Part shown: positions 9,862 to 17,698 of the stretch, one piece after another
How positions within the stretch are numbered: the stretch's first letter is position 1
Layout: every line of letters starts with the position of its first letter
Source of the DNA: Oscillospiraceae bacterium
Lineage (GTDB): Bacteria > Bacillota > Clostridia > Oscillospirales > QAMX01
Direction: 5' to 3'
Assembly (NCBI GenBank): GCA_015067705.1
Contig: SVLW01000003.1
Span: 3,928 to 67,927, forward strand
DNA length: 64,000 nt
Notes under the pieces: generated by a model
Database searches by the model: none
What the model saw: the letters and a program-made list of their open reading frames with translations, nothing else
What the model was told of the DNA's origin: nothing
Made by a program: the position numbers and the translations under genes

Positions 9862-11244
9862 ATGAAAACGAAGTGGGTACGCAGTACTGCGTTATTCCTT
9901 GCGGCGGCGATGATGCTGATGCTTGCCGGGTGTGGGGAAGTATCGGCGGAATCTTCGGTCTTACCGGAATGGGCTGAACCCGACGACGGGCCGGGTTTGT
10001 CTGATCTTGTTGAGACGGATAAGCTTGTTCTCTATACCAGTACAGCCAACGTGGCTTTAGATCGCCGCAGAGTAGATATGTTTAAACAACATCATGATGT
10101 GGACGTAGAAATCATTGTGATTCCTACGGAAGAATACGAGGAACGAATCATAAATGATCTGGCAACAGGCTCTGGGCCGGATGTGCTGCTCTTATACGAA
10201 ATGTATGGGACTGACATCAACAAAGCGGCTCTGAATCAGAATTTCCTTGATTTGACTAATGTTTTGGCTGAAGATCCAGATTTTAATGTGGATGACTATC
10301 TCCCCGGTGTGTTTGAAGCATGCCAGTATCATGGTCGCCAATATGTTATGCCGTTGTCCTGCGAACCGTCGTTGGTAGTTTCTCTCAAGGAGAAAACGGA
10401 GGAAATCGGATTCAACTGGGATCATGTTGATACCATGTCGGAATATCTGGATGTGTTAGCTGAGTTGTCACCGAAAGCCGCAAAAGATCCGAATTTCAAA
10501 CAGATGTTTCACACGAAAAACGTATTTGTCAGATTCTTGCAAATCTCGGGTATTCCTGTGATTGACTACGAGAACGGAGAAGTTCTGCCGGACGAAAAGG
10601 GTTTCCGGGAGTTCCTTGAGGCGTACAAATCGTATTTCCCTTATGACTATGATGAGAATGATCCGACCATGTGGCATCGTCCGTTCGCTTATGATGTGCT
10701 TACGGCGGGAAATTGTGTATTCTGGTTCCCTGGAGATATGTACGGTTTTCCGTTTACATTGTATGTGTTAAAAGAACAGGGTCGTGAATACGATATTCAA
10801 TCGATTCCGGGTAAAACCGGCGGGTCTGTCGGAACGGTTGCTGGTCCGGTTGCGATCAGTGCAAATTCTAAAAACTCCTTGAATGCCTATCGATACATTA
10901 AATTCATGCTCTCCGAGACGATACAGAAAGACCAGTATGGCACTCCGGATGCTCTGCCCATTTTGAAAGAAGCACTTTTGGAATGTTTGCTAGAAGCACC
11001 TGGCGGAGAAGGGGGCCCTGGTGGCGGAGCCTTTTTTAATTACGATATACCTGCACTCACAGAGGAAGAGGCCGAACGAATTATGGGGTTGATTGAATCT
11101 ACGTCAGATTATGAGATGATGATTTCAAAACCGTACTATGACATGGTGTATGATACTATGCTGCCCTTTTTCAAGGCCGAGGACAGTTACAAATCCTGCC
11201 TCGAAGAGCTTCGTAGTAAGTTGACTTTCTATTTGAGTGAATGA
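9862..11244 (+). CDS. extracellular solute-binding lipoprotein, paralog 2 (orphan)
   Basis: Start placed at ATG 9862 (MKTKWVRS...) after RBS AAAGGAGAG. Lipobox LAGC. Colinear with paralog 1 along its whole length. Confidence 0.7.
   Translation: MKTKWVRSTALFLAAAMMLMLAGCGEVSAESSVLPEWAEPDDGPGLSDLVETDKLVLYTSTANVALDRRRVDMFKQHHDVDVEIIVIPTEEYEERIINDLATGSGPDVLLLYEMYGTDINKAALNQNFLDLTNVLAEDPDFNVDDYLPGVFEACQYHGRQYVMPLSCEPSLVVSLKEKTEEIGFNWDHVDTMSEYLDVLAELSPKAAKDPNFKQMFHTKNVFVRFLQISGIPVIDYENGEVLPDEKGFREFLEAYKSYFPYDYDENDPTMWHRPFAYDVLTAGNCVFWFPGDMYGFPFTLYVLKEQGREYDIQSIPGKTGGSVGTVAGPVAISANSKNSLNAYRYIKFMLSETIQKDQYGTPDALPILKEALLECLLEAPGGEGGPGGGAFFNYDIPALTEEEAERIMGLIESTSDYEMMISKPYYDMVYDTMLPFFKAEDSYKSCLEELRSKLTFYLSE
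10469..10682 (+). repeat. 214-bp near-identical tract shared with paralog 1 (copy 2)
   Basis: See 9069-9282. The offset between copies is exactly 1400 bp. Confidence 0.85.
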
Positions 11245-11376
11245 CTTATGAAACTTGATTATTGTTTTGTTGGGATATCTTCTTTGTTATTTTTCAATAT
11301 ATAGAAACCGATCATTAATGCATTTTCTATATCGTGTTACGTCTACTTAATAATTTTTTGGAAAGGAAAAGTGTAT

Positions 11377-11568
11377 ATGAAAAAACTTAAAAAGTCTCGT
11401 GTTAAATTACAGGACTCCATTGAAGCATATGCTGGTGTTTGTAATTGTACTGTTACGTGTAATTGCGCTTCCTGTACCCCATCGATTGATTTGGATAGTA
11501 GCGGCTCATATTCAATCACAGAAGCAAATTGTCTTAGTATTGTATATTCACATCAATATTGGGCATAA
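11377..11568 (+). CDS. small Cys/Thr/Ser-rich peptide (63 aa), possible RiPP or signalling-peptide precursor
   Basis: ATG 11377 preceded by the purine-rich RBS gaaaggaaaa. MKKLKKSRVKLQDSIEAYAG-VCNCTVTCNCASCTPS... Own hairpin terminator at 11634-11666. Lies in a very AT-rich spacer between SBP paralogs 2 and 3. Confidence 0.45.
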   Translation: MKKLKKSRVKLQDSIEAYAGVCNCTVTCNCASCTPSIDLDSSGSYSITEANCLSIVYSHQYWA

Positions 11569-11633
11569 AGTGTCTACTGTTATTCGAGTTGAGTAGAATG
11601 AGTTTTTGATATGGCTTTTTGAAGTTGTTTGGT

Positions 11634-11666
11634 AAAAGAGGCGTGATAGCTAATTGCGCCTCTTTT
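11634..11666 (+). terminator. rho-independent terminator after the small peptide gene
   Basis: 10-bp stem aaaagaggcg / cgcctctttt (11634-11643, 11657-11666). The T-run is part of the 3' arm. Confidence 0.65.
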
Positions 11667-11713
11667 ATACAAAAAATTGGATAAATTGACATTTCTTAAT
11701 TTGGAGAGTTTAT

Positions 11714-13102
11714 ATGAAAACAAAACAATCTTGTTTTATTTTGTTGATTAATGTAGTCTTCTTTTTACATGTGTTTACTGGGTGTAATGTATCATTTGAT
11801 ATGAGTGAACCTTCCATCTCTCCAGAATGGGCTGAACCCAGCGACGGGCCGGGGTATGATGATCTGGTGGAGACAGACAAGTTGGTACTCTATATCCGTC
11901 AATCTAATGAAAGGGTAGAACGACGCATGATCAATCTGTTTCAACAAGCGTATGATGTGGATGTAGAGATTGTGACTGTTTCTAAAGAAGAATATGAGGA
12001 AAGAATCATCAATGATCTTGCAGCTGGCTCAGGGCCGGATGTGATCTTTTTATATGAAATGTTCTATACAGATATTGATAAAGCCGCTTTGAACCATAGT
12101 TTTCTGGATCTCACCAATGTTTTGGCGGAGGATCCGGAGTTCCATAAAGAAGATTATCTGGATGGCGTTTTTGAGGCTTGTCAACATTATGGACGGCAAT
12201 ATGTCGTACCGCTCTCTTGTGAACTGCCGCTTGTGGCTTCAATTCGGTCTGATTTGGAGGAACTTGGATTTCGTTGGGATGGTGTTGATACCATGTCGGA
12301 TTTACTGGAAGAATCAGTCCGTGTAACACCGAAAGCCGAAGTAAATTCAAATTTTCAACAAATGTTTTGTTCTAAAAATACCTTTCAAAGGCTGCTTCTG
12401 TTTTCCAGTATCCCGGTTATCAATTACGAGACAGGGGAAGTACTTCCGGACGAAAAGAATTTCCGTGATTTTCTTGAATCGTATAAGTTGTATTTCCCCT
12501 ATGATTATAACGAGGCTGATCGAGCAATGTACCATCGAGCTCTTGGCTATGATGTACTTACTGCGGGGCGATGTGCTTTCGTGTTTCCTAGAAATATGGA
12601 CGGTTTGCCTGCCACTTTGTCTGTCTTAAAAAACGAGTCTTATGATTATGTAATTCATTCAATTCCCGGACAGACAAAAGAATCTGTTGGTATCGTTTGC
12701 GGGCCAGTGGCGATCAATGCAAATTCGAAGAATACTTTGAACGCATATCGGTTTATAAAGTTTATTCTCTCTGAAACATCACAAAAGGACAGGTATACCA
12801 TTCCAGACGGTATGCCGATTCTCAAAAAAGCACTATATGACGGTTTGGTAAATTCAACAGGTTTCACGAGGGGGCCGGGCGGCAATGCGATGCCAGATTA
12901 TGAAGATCGTGCATTTACTGAGGATGAGGCAGAAATGATCATGGAATTGATCACCGGAACAGATCGTTTTGTCTTGAACTTATCAAACGAAATCATTGAA
13001 ATGGTGTGTGACACCATGCTGCCTTTCTTCCAAAACGAAGCCAGCTACGAATTTTGCCTCAACGACCTCCGCAGTAAGCTCACCTTTTATCTCAGCGAAT
13101 GA
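11714..13102 (+). CDS. extracellular solute-binding lipoprotein, paralog 3 (orphan)
   Basis: 462 aa. GGAGAG RBS; lipobox FTGC; the same conserved blocks (GSGPDVIFLYEMF, YGRQYVVPLSCE, LRSKLTFYLSE). Confidence 0.7.
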   Translation: MKTKQSCFILLINVVFFLHVFTGCNVSFDMSEPSISPEWAEPSDGPGYDDLVETDKLVLYIRQSNERVERRMINLFQQAYDVDVEIVTVSKEEYEERIINDLAAGSGPDVIFLYEMFYTDIDKAALNHSFLDLTNVLAEDPEFHKEDYLDGVFEACQHYGRQYVVPLSCELPLVASIRSDLEELGFRWDGVDTMSDLLEESVRVTPKAEVNSNFQQMFCSKNTFQRLLLFSSIPVINYETGEVLPDEKNFRDFLESYKLYFPYDYNEADRAMYHRALGYDVLTAGRCAFVFPRNMDGLPATLSVLKNESYDYVIHSIPGQTKESVGIVCGPVAINANSKNTLNAYRFIKFILSETSQKDRYTIPDGMPILKKALYDGLVNSTGFTRGPGGNAMPDYEDRAFTEDEAEMIMELITGTDRFVLNLSNEIIEMVCDTMLPFFQNEASYEFCLNDLRSKLTFYLSE

Positions 13103-13106
13103 CCCC
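13070..13106 (+). repeat. 37-nt direct repeat at the 3' end of paralog 3 (identical to the 3' end of paralog 4)
   Basis: cgcagtaagctcaccttttatctcagcgaatgacccc is identical at 13070-13106 and 14497-14533. Paralogs 1 and 2 encode the same residues with different codons. Confidence 0.85.
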
Positions 13107-13164
13107 TCCTAAATAGACAGAAGCGCATCAAAGCAAATCATACCGCAAGAGAAAGGGGATTATT

Positions 13165-14529
13165 ATGAAAAAAACGCTCACACGCCGCATCGCGGGATGC
13201 CTGGCGGCAGTCCTGTTCCTGCTGACGCTCGCCGGGTGCAGCAAGGAGCCGGCGAAAGCGTCAACCGCCGCGCCGGTTGACGCGCCGGGATATGCGGATC
13301 TCCGGGAGACGGATACGTTGGTGCTGTATTATGTGACGGAAATGGCGGCGCTGGAACAGGAGCGTATCCAGCGATTTACCGCGCTTTACGATATTGACGT
13401 GGAAATGGTGGGGGTTCCGGCGGAGGAATGGCAGGAGCGCGTGGCAAATGATCTGGCCAGTGGTTCCGGCCCGGACGTGGTGTTTTTATACCAGTTGACG
13501 AACCTGGATATTCCGAAAGCCGCTTTGCATCACAATTTTCTTGATCTGACCAAGGTGTTGGCAGAAGACCCGGACTTTGCAGAAGATACGTACGTAGACG
13601 GCGTATTTGAGGATTGTCGGATCGGCGGGCGGCAGTATACGATTCCGCTCTCCTATGAGGTTCTTTATACCGTTTCCTCCGCATCAAAACTGGATGAATT
13701 GGGATATCGGGAGGACAGCGCCCAAATCATGTCGGACTATTTAGAAGAATTGGCGCGCCTGACGCCGGCGGCGGCAGAGTCCACTGGGTTTCAGCAAATG
13801 CTGCAGGCAAAGAATCATTTCTATCAGCTTCTGATGAATTCCGGCATCCGCCTGATCGACTATGAAGCGGGAGAAGTGCTGCCGGATGAAAAGGAGCTTC
13901 GCCGGTTCCTAGAAGGATATCGGGCATACTTCCCCTATGATGATGACGGGACGGGTCTGCGTCGGATCAGCAATTTCGGGGATCGTCCCCTTTCCTGGGG
14001 ACAATGTGTATTCTGGTATCCTTTGAATCTGGAAGGGATCACCAGAACCATTGCCAGTCTCAAAAACGAGTCCTTTGATTATGTGCTGCACCCCATTTCC
14101 GGTCAGACAGGCGAATTCATCGGAAACCTCTGCGGCCAGATCGCCATTCGTTCCAATTCCCCAAATACATTAAATGCTTATCGGTTTATCAAATTCCTGC
14201 TGTCCGAGGAAGAGCAGTCAAATCCCTTTAAGTTGTTTGATGGGATTCCCATCCATAAAGAATCCATCCGAAAAGCCGTGTATGAAGCGCCCGCTGTTGA
14301 GATCGTCAACAATGTGGAGATATATCATTTCGAAGAACGCGCCCTCACCGAAGAAGAGGCGGAGGAATTGATGACGATTCTCACCGGCGTGGATCGATAT
14401 GTGCAAAGCGACACCGTGACAAGAACGATACTGCGGGACGCCATGCTCCCCTACTTCCAGGGCGAGGACAGCTACAAGAACTGTCTCAAGGATCTGCGCA
14501 GTAAGCTCACCTTTTATCTCAGCGAATGA
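13165..14529 (+). CDS. extracellular solute-binding lipoprotein, paralog 4 (host-like GC, orphan)
   Basis: 454 aa. Lipobox LAGC. Same architecture but most diverged, and visibly more GC-rich than paralogs 1-3. Confidence 0.7.
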   Translation: MKKTLTRRIAGCLAAVLFLLTLAGCSKEPAKASTAAPVDAPGYADLRETDTLVLYYVTEMAALEQERIQRFTALYDIDVEMVGVPAEEWQERVANDLASGSGPDVVFLYQLTNLDIPKAALHHNFLDLTKVLAEDPDFAEDTYVDGVFEDCRIGGRQYTIPLSYEVLYTVSSASKLDELGYREDSAQIMSDYLEELARLTPAAAESTGFQQMLQAKNHFYQLLMNSGIRLIDYEAGEVLPDEKELRRFLEGYRAYFPYDDDGTGLRRISNFGDRPLSWGQCVFWYPLNLEGITRTIASLKNESFDYVLHPISGQTGEFIGNLCGQIAIRSNSPNTLNAYRFIKFLLSEEEQSNPFKLFDGIPIHKESIRKAVYEAPAVEIVNNVEIYHFEERALTEEEAEELMTILTGVDRYVQSDTVTRTILRDAMLPYFQGEDSYKNCLKDLRSKLTFYLSE

Positions 14530-14533
14530 CCCC
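14497..14533 (+). repeat. 37-nt direct repeat at the 3' end of paralog 4
   Basis: Identical to 13070-13106. Confidence 0.85.
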
Positions 14534-14543
14534 CTTCCAAAGC

Positions 14544-14576
14544 AAAACGGAGACCGTGTTTTACGGTCTCCGTTTT
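14544..14576. terminator. bidirectional terminator between SBP paralog 4 and polA
   Basis: 13-bp stem aaaacggagaccg / cggtctccgtttt (14544-14556, 14564-14576). The A/T runs are built into the arms. Confidence 0.8.
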
Positions 14577-14577
14577 G

Positions 14578-17229
14578 TTATCCTTTTGCGTGGTACCAGT
14601 CCTCACCGACACCGGCGTCGGCCACCAGGGCCACGGAGAGAGACATGGCGTTCTGCATTTCCTCGGTGAGGAGGGCGGTGGCGCGGGCCACCTCGTCCTC
14701 CGGGGCCTCCAGAATCAGTTCATCGTGCACCTGGAGGATCAGGCGGGTGCGCATCCCCGCCTCCTGCAGGCGGCGATAGACCGCCACCATGGCCAGTTTG
14801 ATGACGTCCGCGGCGGTGCCCTGGATGGGGGTATTCAGCGCCACCCGCTCGCCAAAGGAGCGGACGTTGAAGTTGGTGGACTGGATCTCCGGCAGGGGGC
14901 GGCGGCGGCCGGACAGGGTGGACACGCTGCCCTCCTCTTTCGCCTTGGCCTTGATCTCGTCCATATACCGGCGCACGCCGGGGAACATGGCGAAATAGTT
15001 CTCGATATAGGCTTTTGCCTCTTTCCGCGTGACGCCGATCTGGGCGGCCAGAGAGAAGTCACTCATGCCATAGACCAGGCCGAAGTTCACGGCCTTGGCC
15101 CGGGAGCGCATGGCGGGAGTCACGTCCTCGGGGGCCACGCCCTCCACAGACGCGGCGGTCATGCGGTGGATATCCTGGCCGGAGGCGAAGGCGGCCTTCA
15201 TGCCGGGGTCGTCGGAGATGTGGGCCAGGATGCGCAGCTCGATCTGGGAATAGTCCGCGTCGATGAGCCGCCAGCCGGGCTCCGCCACGAACATGCGGCG
15301 CAGCTCTGCGCCCCGCTCCTGCCGGACGGGGATGTTCTGCATATTGGGCTCTGTAGAGCTGATGCGGCCGGTGGCGGTGGTGAGCTGGTGGAAGGAGGAG
15401 TGGATGCGTCCATCCGCAGGAGAGATGACCTTGAGAAGTCCCTCGGCATAGGTGGACTTCAGCTTGGCAAGCTGGCGGTATTCCAGAAGCAGGCCGCCGA
15501 TGGGATGGAGCGCGGCCACCTTCTGCAGGGCGTCCGCGTCGGTGGAATAGCCGGACTTGGTCTTTTTCCCGGCAGGCAGGCCCATTTTGTCAAAGAGGAT
15601 CTCCCCAAGCTGTTTGGGGGAATTGATGTTAAAGGTCTCCCCTGCCGCCTGATAGATGGCCTCTTCCAGCGCCGCCACCTGGGCGGAGAGTTCTTCGCCG
15701 TAGGTGATGAGGCGGTCCCGGTCGATCCGGACGCCCACGACCTGCATGGCGGAGAGTACCTCCATGAGGGGCAGCTCCATGTCAAACATGAGACTGGTCA
15801 TGCCCTCCTCCTCCAGTTTTCCGGTGAGCAGCGGGCGGAGGCGGCGAATGGCAGAGAGATGGGCGGAAAGGGCGGCCAGCGCCGGAGCGGGATCGGACAG
15901 GGGCGAGAAGGCCTCGTCCTTCTGATACACGGCCTCGGGCAGTTCTTCGTCCAGATAGGCAGGGGCGATCCTGCTAAGCTCGTACTTGCCGGTGGCGGGA
16001 TTCAGGAGATAGGCCGCCACGGCGCTGTCGAAGGCAAAGCCCCGGACGGGGCGATTTTCGGAGAGCAGGGCGACATAGAGCGCCTTACCGTCATGGACGG
16101 TTTTCGGCACGGCGTCGGAGAAGAGCAGATCCAGGAAGGCGTCATAGGCCTCGTCCGTGAAATCCGCGCGGCGGATCAGGGCCGTGCCCGCGCCGTCGTC
16201 CACGGCCACCCAGTCAAGCGCCTCCTCGGTCAGAAGCGCCGCAGGCTCTGTGATTTTCTGCAGGCGGGCGGAAAGCGCGGCAAGGGCGTCGGGATCGGCA
16301 ATGATCGCCGCGGGGGCAACAGCGGTCTTTGGCGCCTCGGGGGCGGATTCCGCGGCGGCGGAGAGATGCATCCGGGTGATAAAGGAGCGCAGCTCCAATT
16401 TCCGCAGCAGGGCGAAGAGGCCCGCCTCGTCCGCCGGGTAGGCAATGGCCTCCTGAGGCGTAAAGGACAGGGGGGCCTGGCGGTCGATCTCCGCCAGGCG
16501 GCGGCTCATCCAGGCGCTCTCCTCCCCGTCCCGCAGCTTCTGCCGCAGGGTCTCGCGGATATCGAGAGTATCAAGATCCCGGTAAATCGCCTCGATGCCG
16601 CCGTATTTCTGCACCAGAGAGAGGGCGGTCTTTTCGCCGATCCCGGCCACGCCGGGGATATTATCGGAGGCGTCGCCCATGAGGGCCTTGACATCGATCA
16701 TCAGGGGCGGCGTCACGCCGAAGGTCTCGGCGATCACCGCGGGGGTATAGTCGGTGGTGACGGGATGGCCCGCCTTGGTGGTCACGAGACGGATGGTGGT
16801 GTTCTCCCCGGCCAACTGGAAGCTGTCCCGGTCGCCGGTGAGGATCACGCACTGACAGTCCGGACAGTCCTCACAGTCCTGACTGATGGTGCCCAGGAGG
16901 TCGTCAGCCTCGTATCCTTCCAGTTCACAGCACATGACGCCCATCTTCCGCAGAACATCCTTCATCAGCGGGATCTGCTGGATCAGCTCCGGGGGCGTGG
17001 GACGGCGGCCGGCCTTATAGGCGGCATACTCCATGTGGCGATAGGTGGGCGCTTTCAGGTCAAAGCACACCACCGCCGCATCGGGCGCGATCTCCTCACA
17101 GGTTTTAAGATAGGTGGACAGGAATCCGTAGATGGCATTGGTGGGGATACCCTCCGCCGTGGTCAGCGGGCGGATTCCGTAAAAAGCACGGCTTAAAATA
17201 CTGTTGCCGTCGATGGCTAAAATTTTCAT
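14578..17229 (-). CDS. polA: DNA polymerase I
   Basis: 883 aa. 5'-3' exonuclease N-terminus (MKILAIDGNSILSRAFYG...), central 3'-5' exo-like domain, and family A polymerase motifs (DYSQIELR, RRRAKAVNFGLVYG, QVHDEL). Confidence 0.97.
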   Translation of the reverse strand: MKILAIDGNSILSRAFYGIRPLTTAEGIPTNAIYGFLSTYLKTCEEIAPDAAVVCFDLKAPTYRHMEYAAYKAGRRPTPPELIQQIPLMKDVLRKMGVMCCELEGYEADDLLGTISQDCEDCPDCQCVILTGDRDSFQLAGENTTIRLVTTKAGHPVTTDYTPAVIAETFGVTPPLMIDVKALMGDASDNIPGVAGIGEKTALSLVQKYGGIEAIYRDLDTLDIRETLRQKLRDGEESAWMSRRLAEIDRQAPLSFTPQEAIAYPADEAGLFALLRKLELRSFITRMHLSAAAESAPEAPKTAVAPAAIIADPDALAALSARLQKITEPAALLTEEALDWVAVDDGAGTALIRRADFTDEAYDAFLDLLFSDAVPKTVHDGKALYVALLSENRPVRGFAFDSAVAAYLLNPATGKYELSRIAPAYLDEELPEAVYQKDEAFSPLSDPAPALAALSAHLSAIRRLRPLLTGKLEEEGMTSLMFDMELPLMEVLSAMQVVGVRIDRDRLITYGEELSAQVAALEEAIYQAAGETFNINSPKQLGEILFDKMGLPAGKKTKSGYSTDADALQKVAALHPIGGLLLEYRQLAKLKSTYAEGLLKVISPADGRIHSSFHQLTTATGRISSTEPNMQNIPVRQERGAELRRMFVAEPGWRLIDADYSQIELRILAHISDDPGMKAAFASGQDIHRMTAASVEGVAPEDVTPAMRSRAKAVNFGLVYGMSDFSLAAQIGVTRKEAKAYIENYFAMFPGVRRYMDEIKAKAKEEGSVSTLSGRRRPLPEIQSTNFNVRSFGERVALNTPIQGTAADVIKLAMVAVYRRLQEAGMRTRLILQVHDELILEAPEDEVARATALLTEEMQNAMSLSVALVADAGVGEDWYHAKG

Positions 17230-17266
17230 TCACAACACCCCGGGATACGTTATCGTCAATAAATTC

Positions 17267-17295
17267 AGTATACCACCCTTTCCTCCCGGATGCAA
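17267..17295 (-). promoter_or_regulatory. sigma-A promoter candidate for polA
   Basis: On the minus strand: TTGCAT (17295-17290), 17-nt spacer, TATACT (17272-17267), with a TG extended -10. Confidence 0.55.
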
Positions 17296-17407
17296 GGCGC
17301 GCCCCCTCCCGCCGCTTCTGCAAGTTTTTGACGGAGAAATTTGTGACCATTTTGTAACCAATCGTGTTTCGGAAGCGGATTATGTCACCCACTTTCCCGG
17401 CCTTACC

Positions 17408-17525
17408 TGTGGAAAGCAAAAACGGGAGGTCGTTTTTTGCGGGAATAGGCGGGGTTTTCCACGATTTTCTTCCCACAGCTTTGTGGAAAACCCTGTGGAA
17501 AGTGTGGATAACTTTCTGTGGAATT
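17408..17525. promoter_or_regulatory. DnaA-box cluster
   Basis: One perfect TGTGGATAA (17503-17511; complement TTATCCACA). One 1-mismatch box (17482-17490 tgtggaaaa). Two-mismatch boxes at 17408-17416, 17455-17463 (opposite orientation) and 17494-17502. A weaker box at 17517-17525. Confidence 0.55.
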
Positions 17526-17698
17526 GGGGAAAGCAAAATGTTTCCGTCAACCGATTTCCCGTATTCCGTTTTTCCGGCCGCCGCCCTTCATGCAGGATGC
17601 ATGAAGGGAACTTGCAGAATTTGTCGAATTTGCAAAAAAGAACCCCGCCGGGCGGGCAATTGCGCTGCCGCCGGGCGGGGGAAAGTTCCGATATGGGA

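Noticed and set aside
11399-11596. Alternative 65-aa hydrophobic ORF overlapping the Cys-rich peptide gene in another frame
   Set aside because: It has no RBS. It starts inside the better-supported ORF, and its stop lies past the point where the other frame ends. It cannot be formally excluded without expression data.
14575-17196. 873-aa plus-strand ORF
   Set aside because: It is exactly antisense to polA. The product is a Gly/Arg/His/Ala-rich low-complexity sequence typical of spurious antisense frames in GC-rich DNA. There is no RBS, and polA on the other strand has unambiguous motifs.
17400-17530. DnaA-box cluster as the chromosomal origin (oriC)
   Set aside because: There is no dnaA or dnaN nearby and no obvious AT-rich unwinding element next to the boxes. 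Gene orientation does not switch here: genes on both sides (polA, PPIase, the ribosomal cluster) are on the minus strand. That implies replication passes through from the right. It is kept only as a non-origin DnaA-binding cluster.
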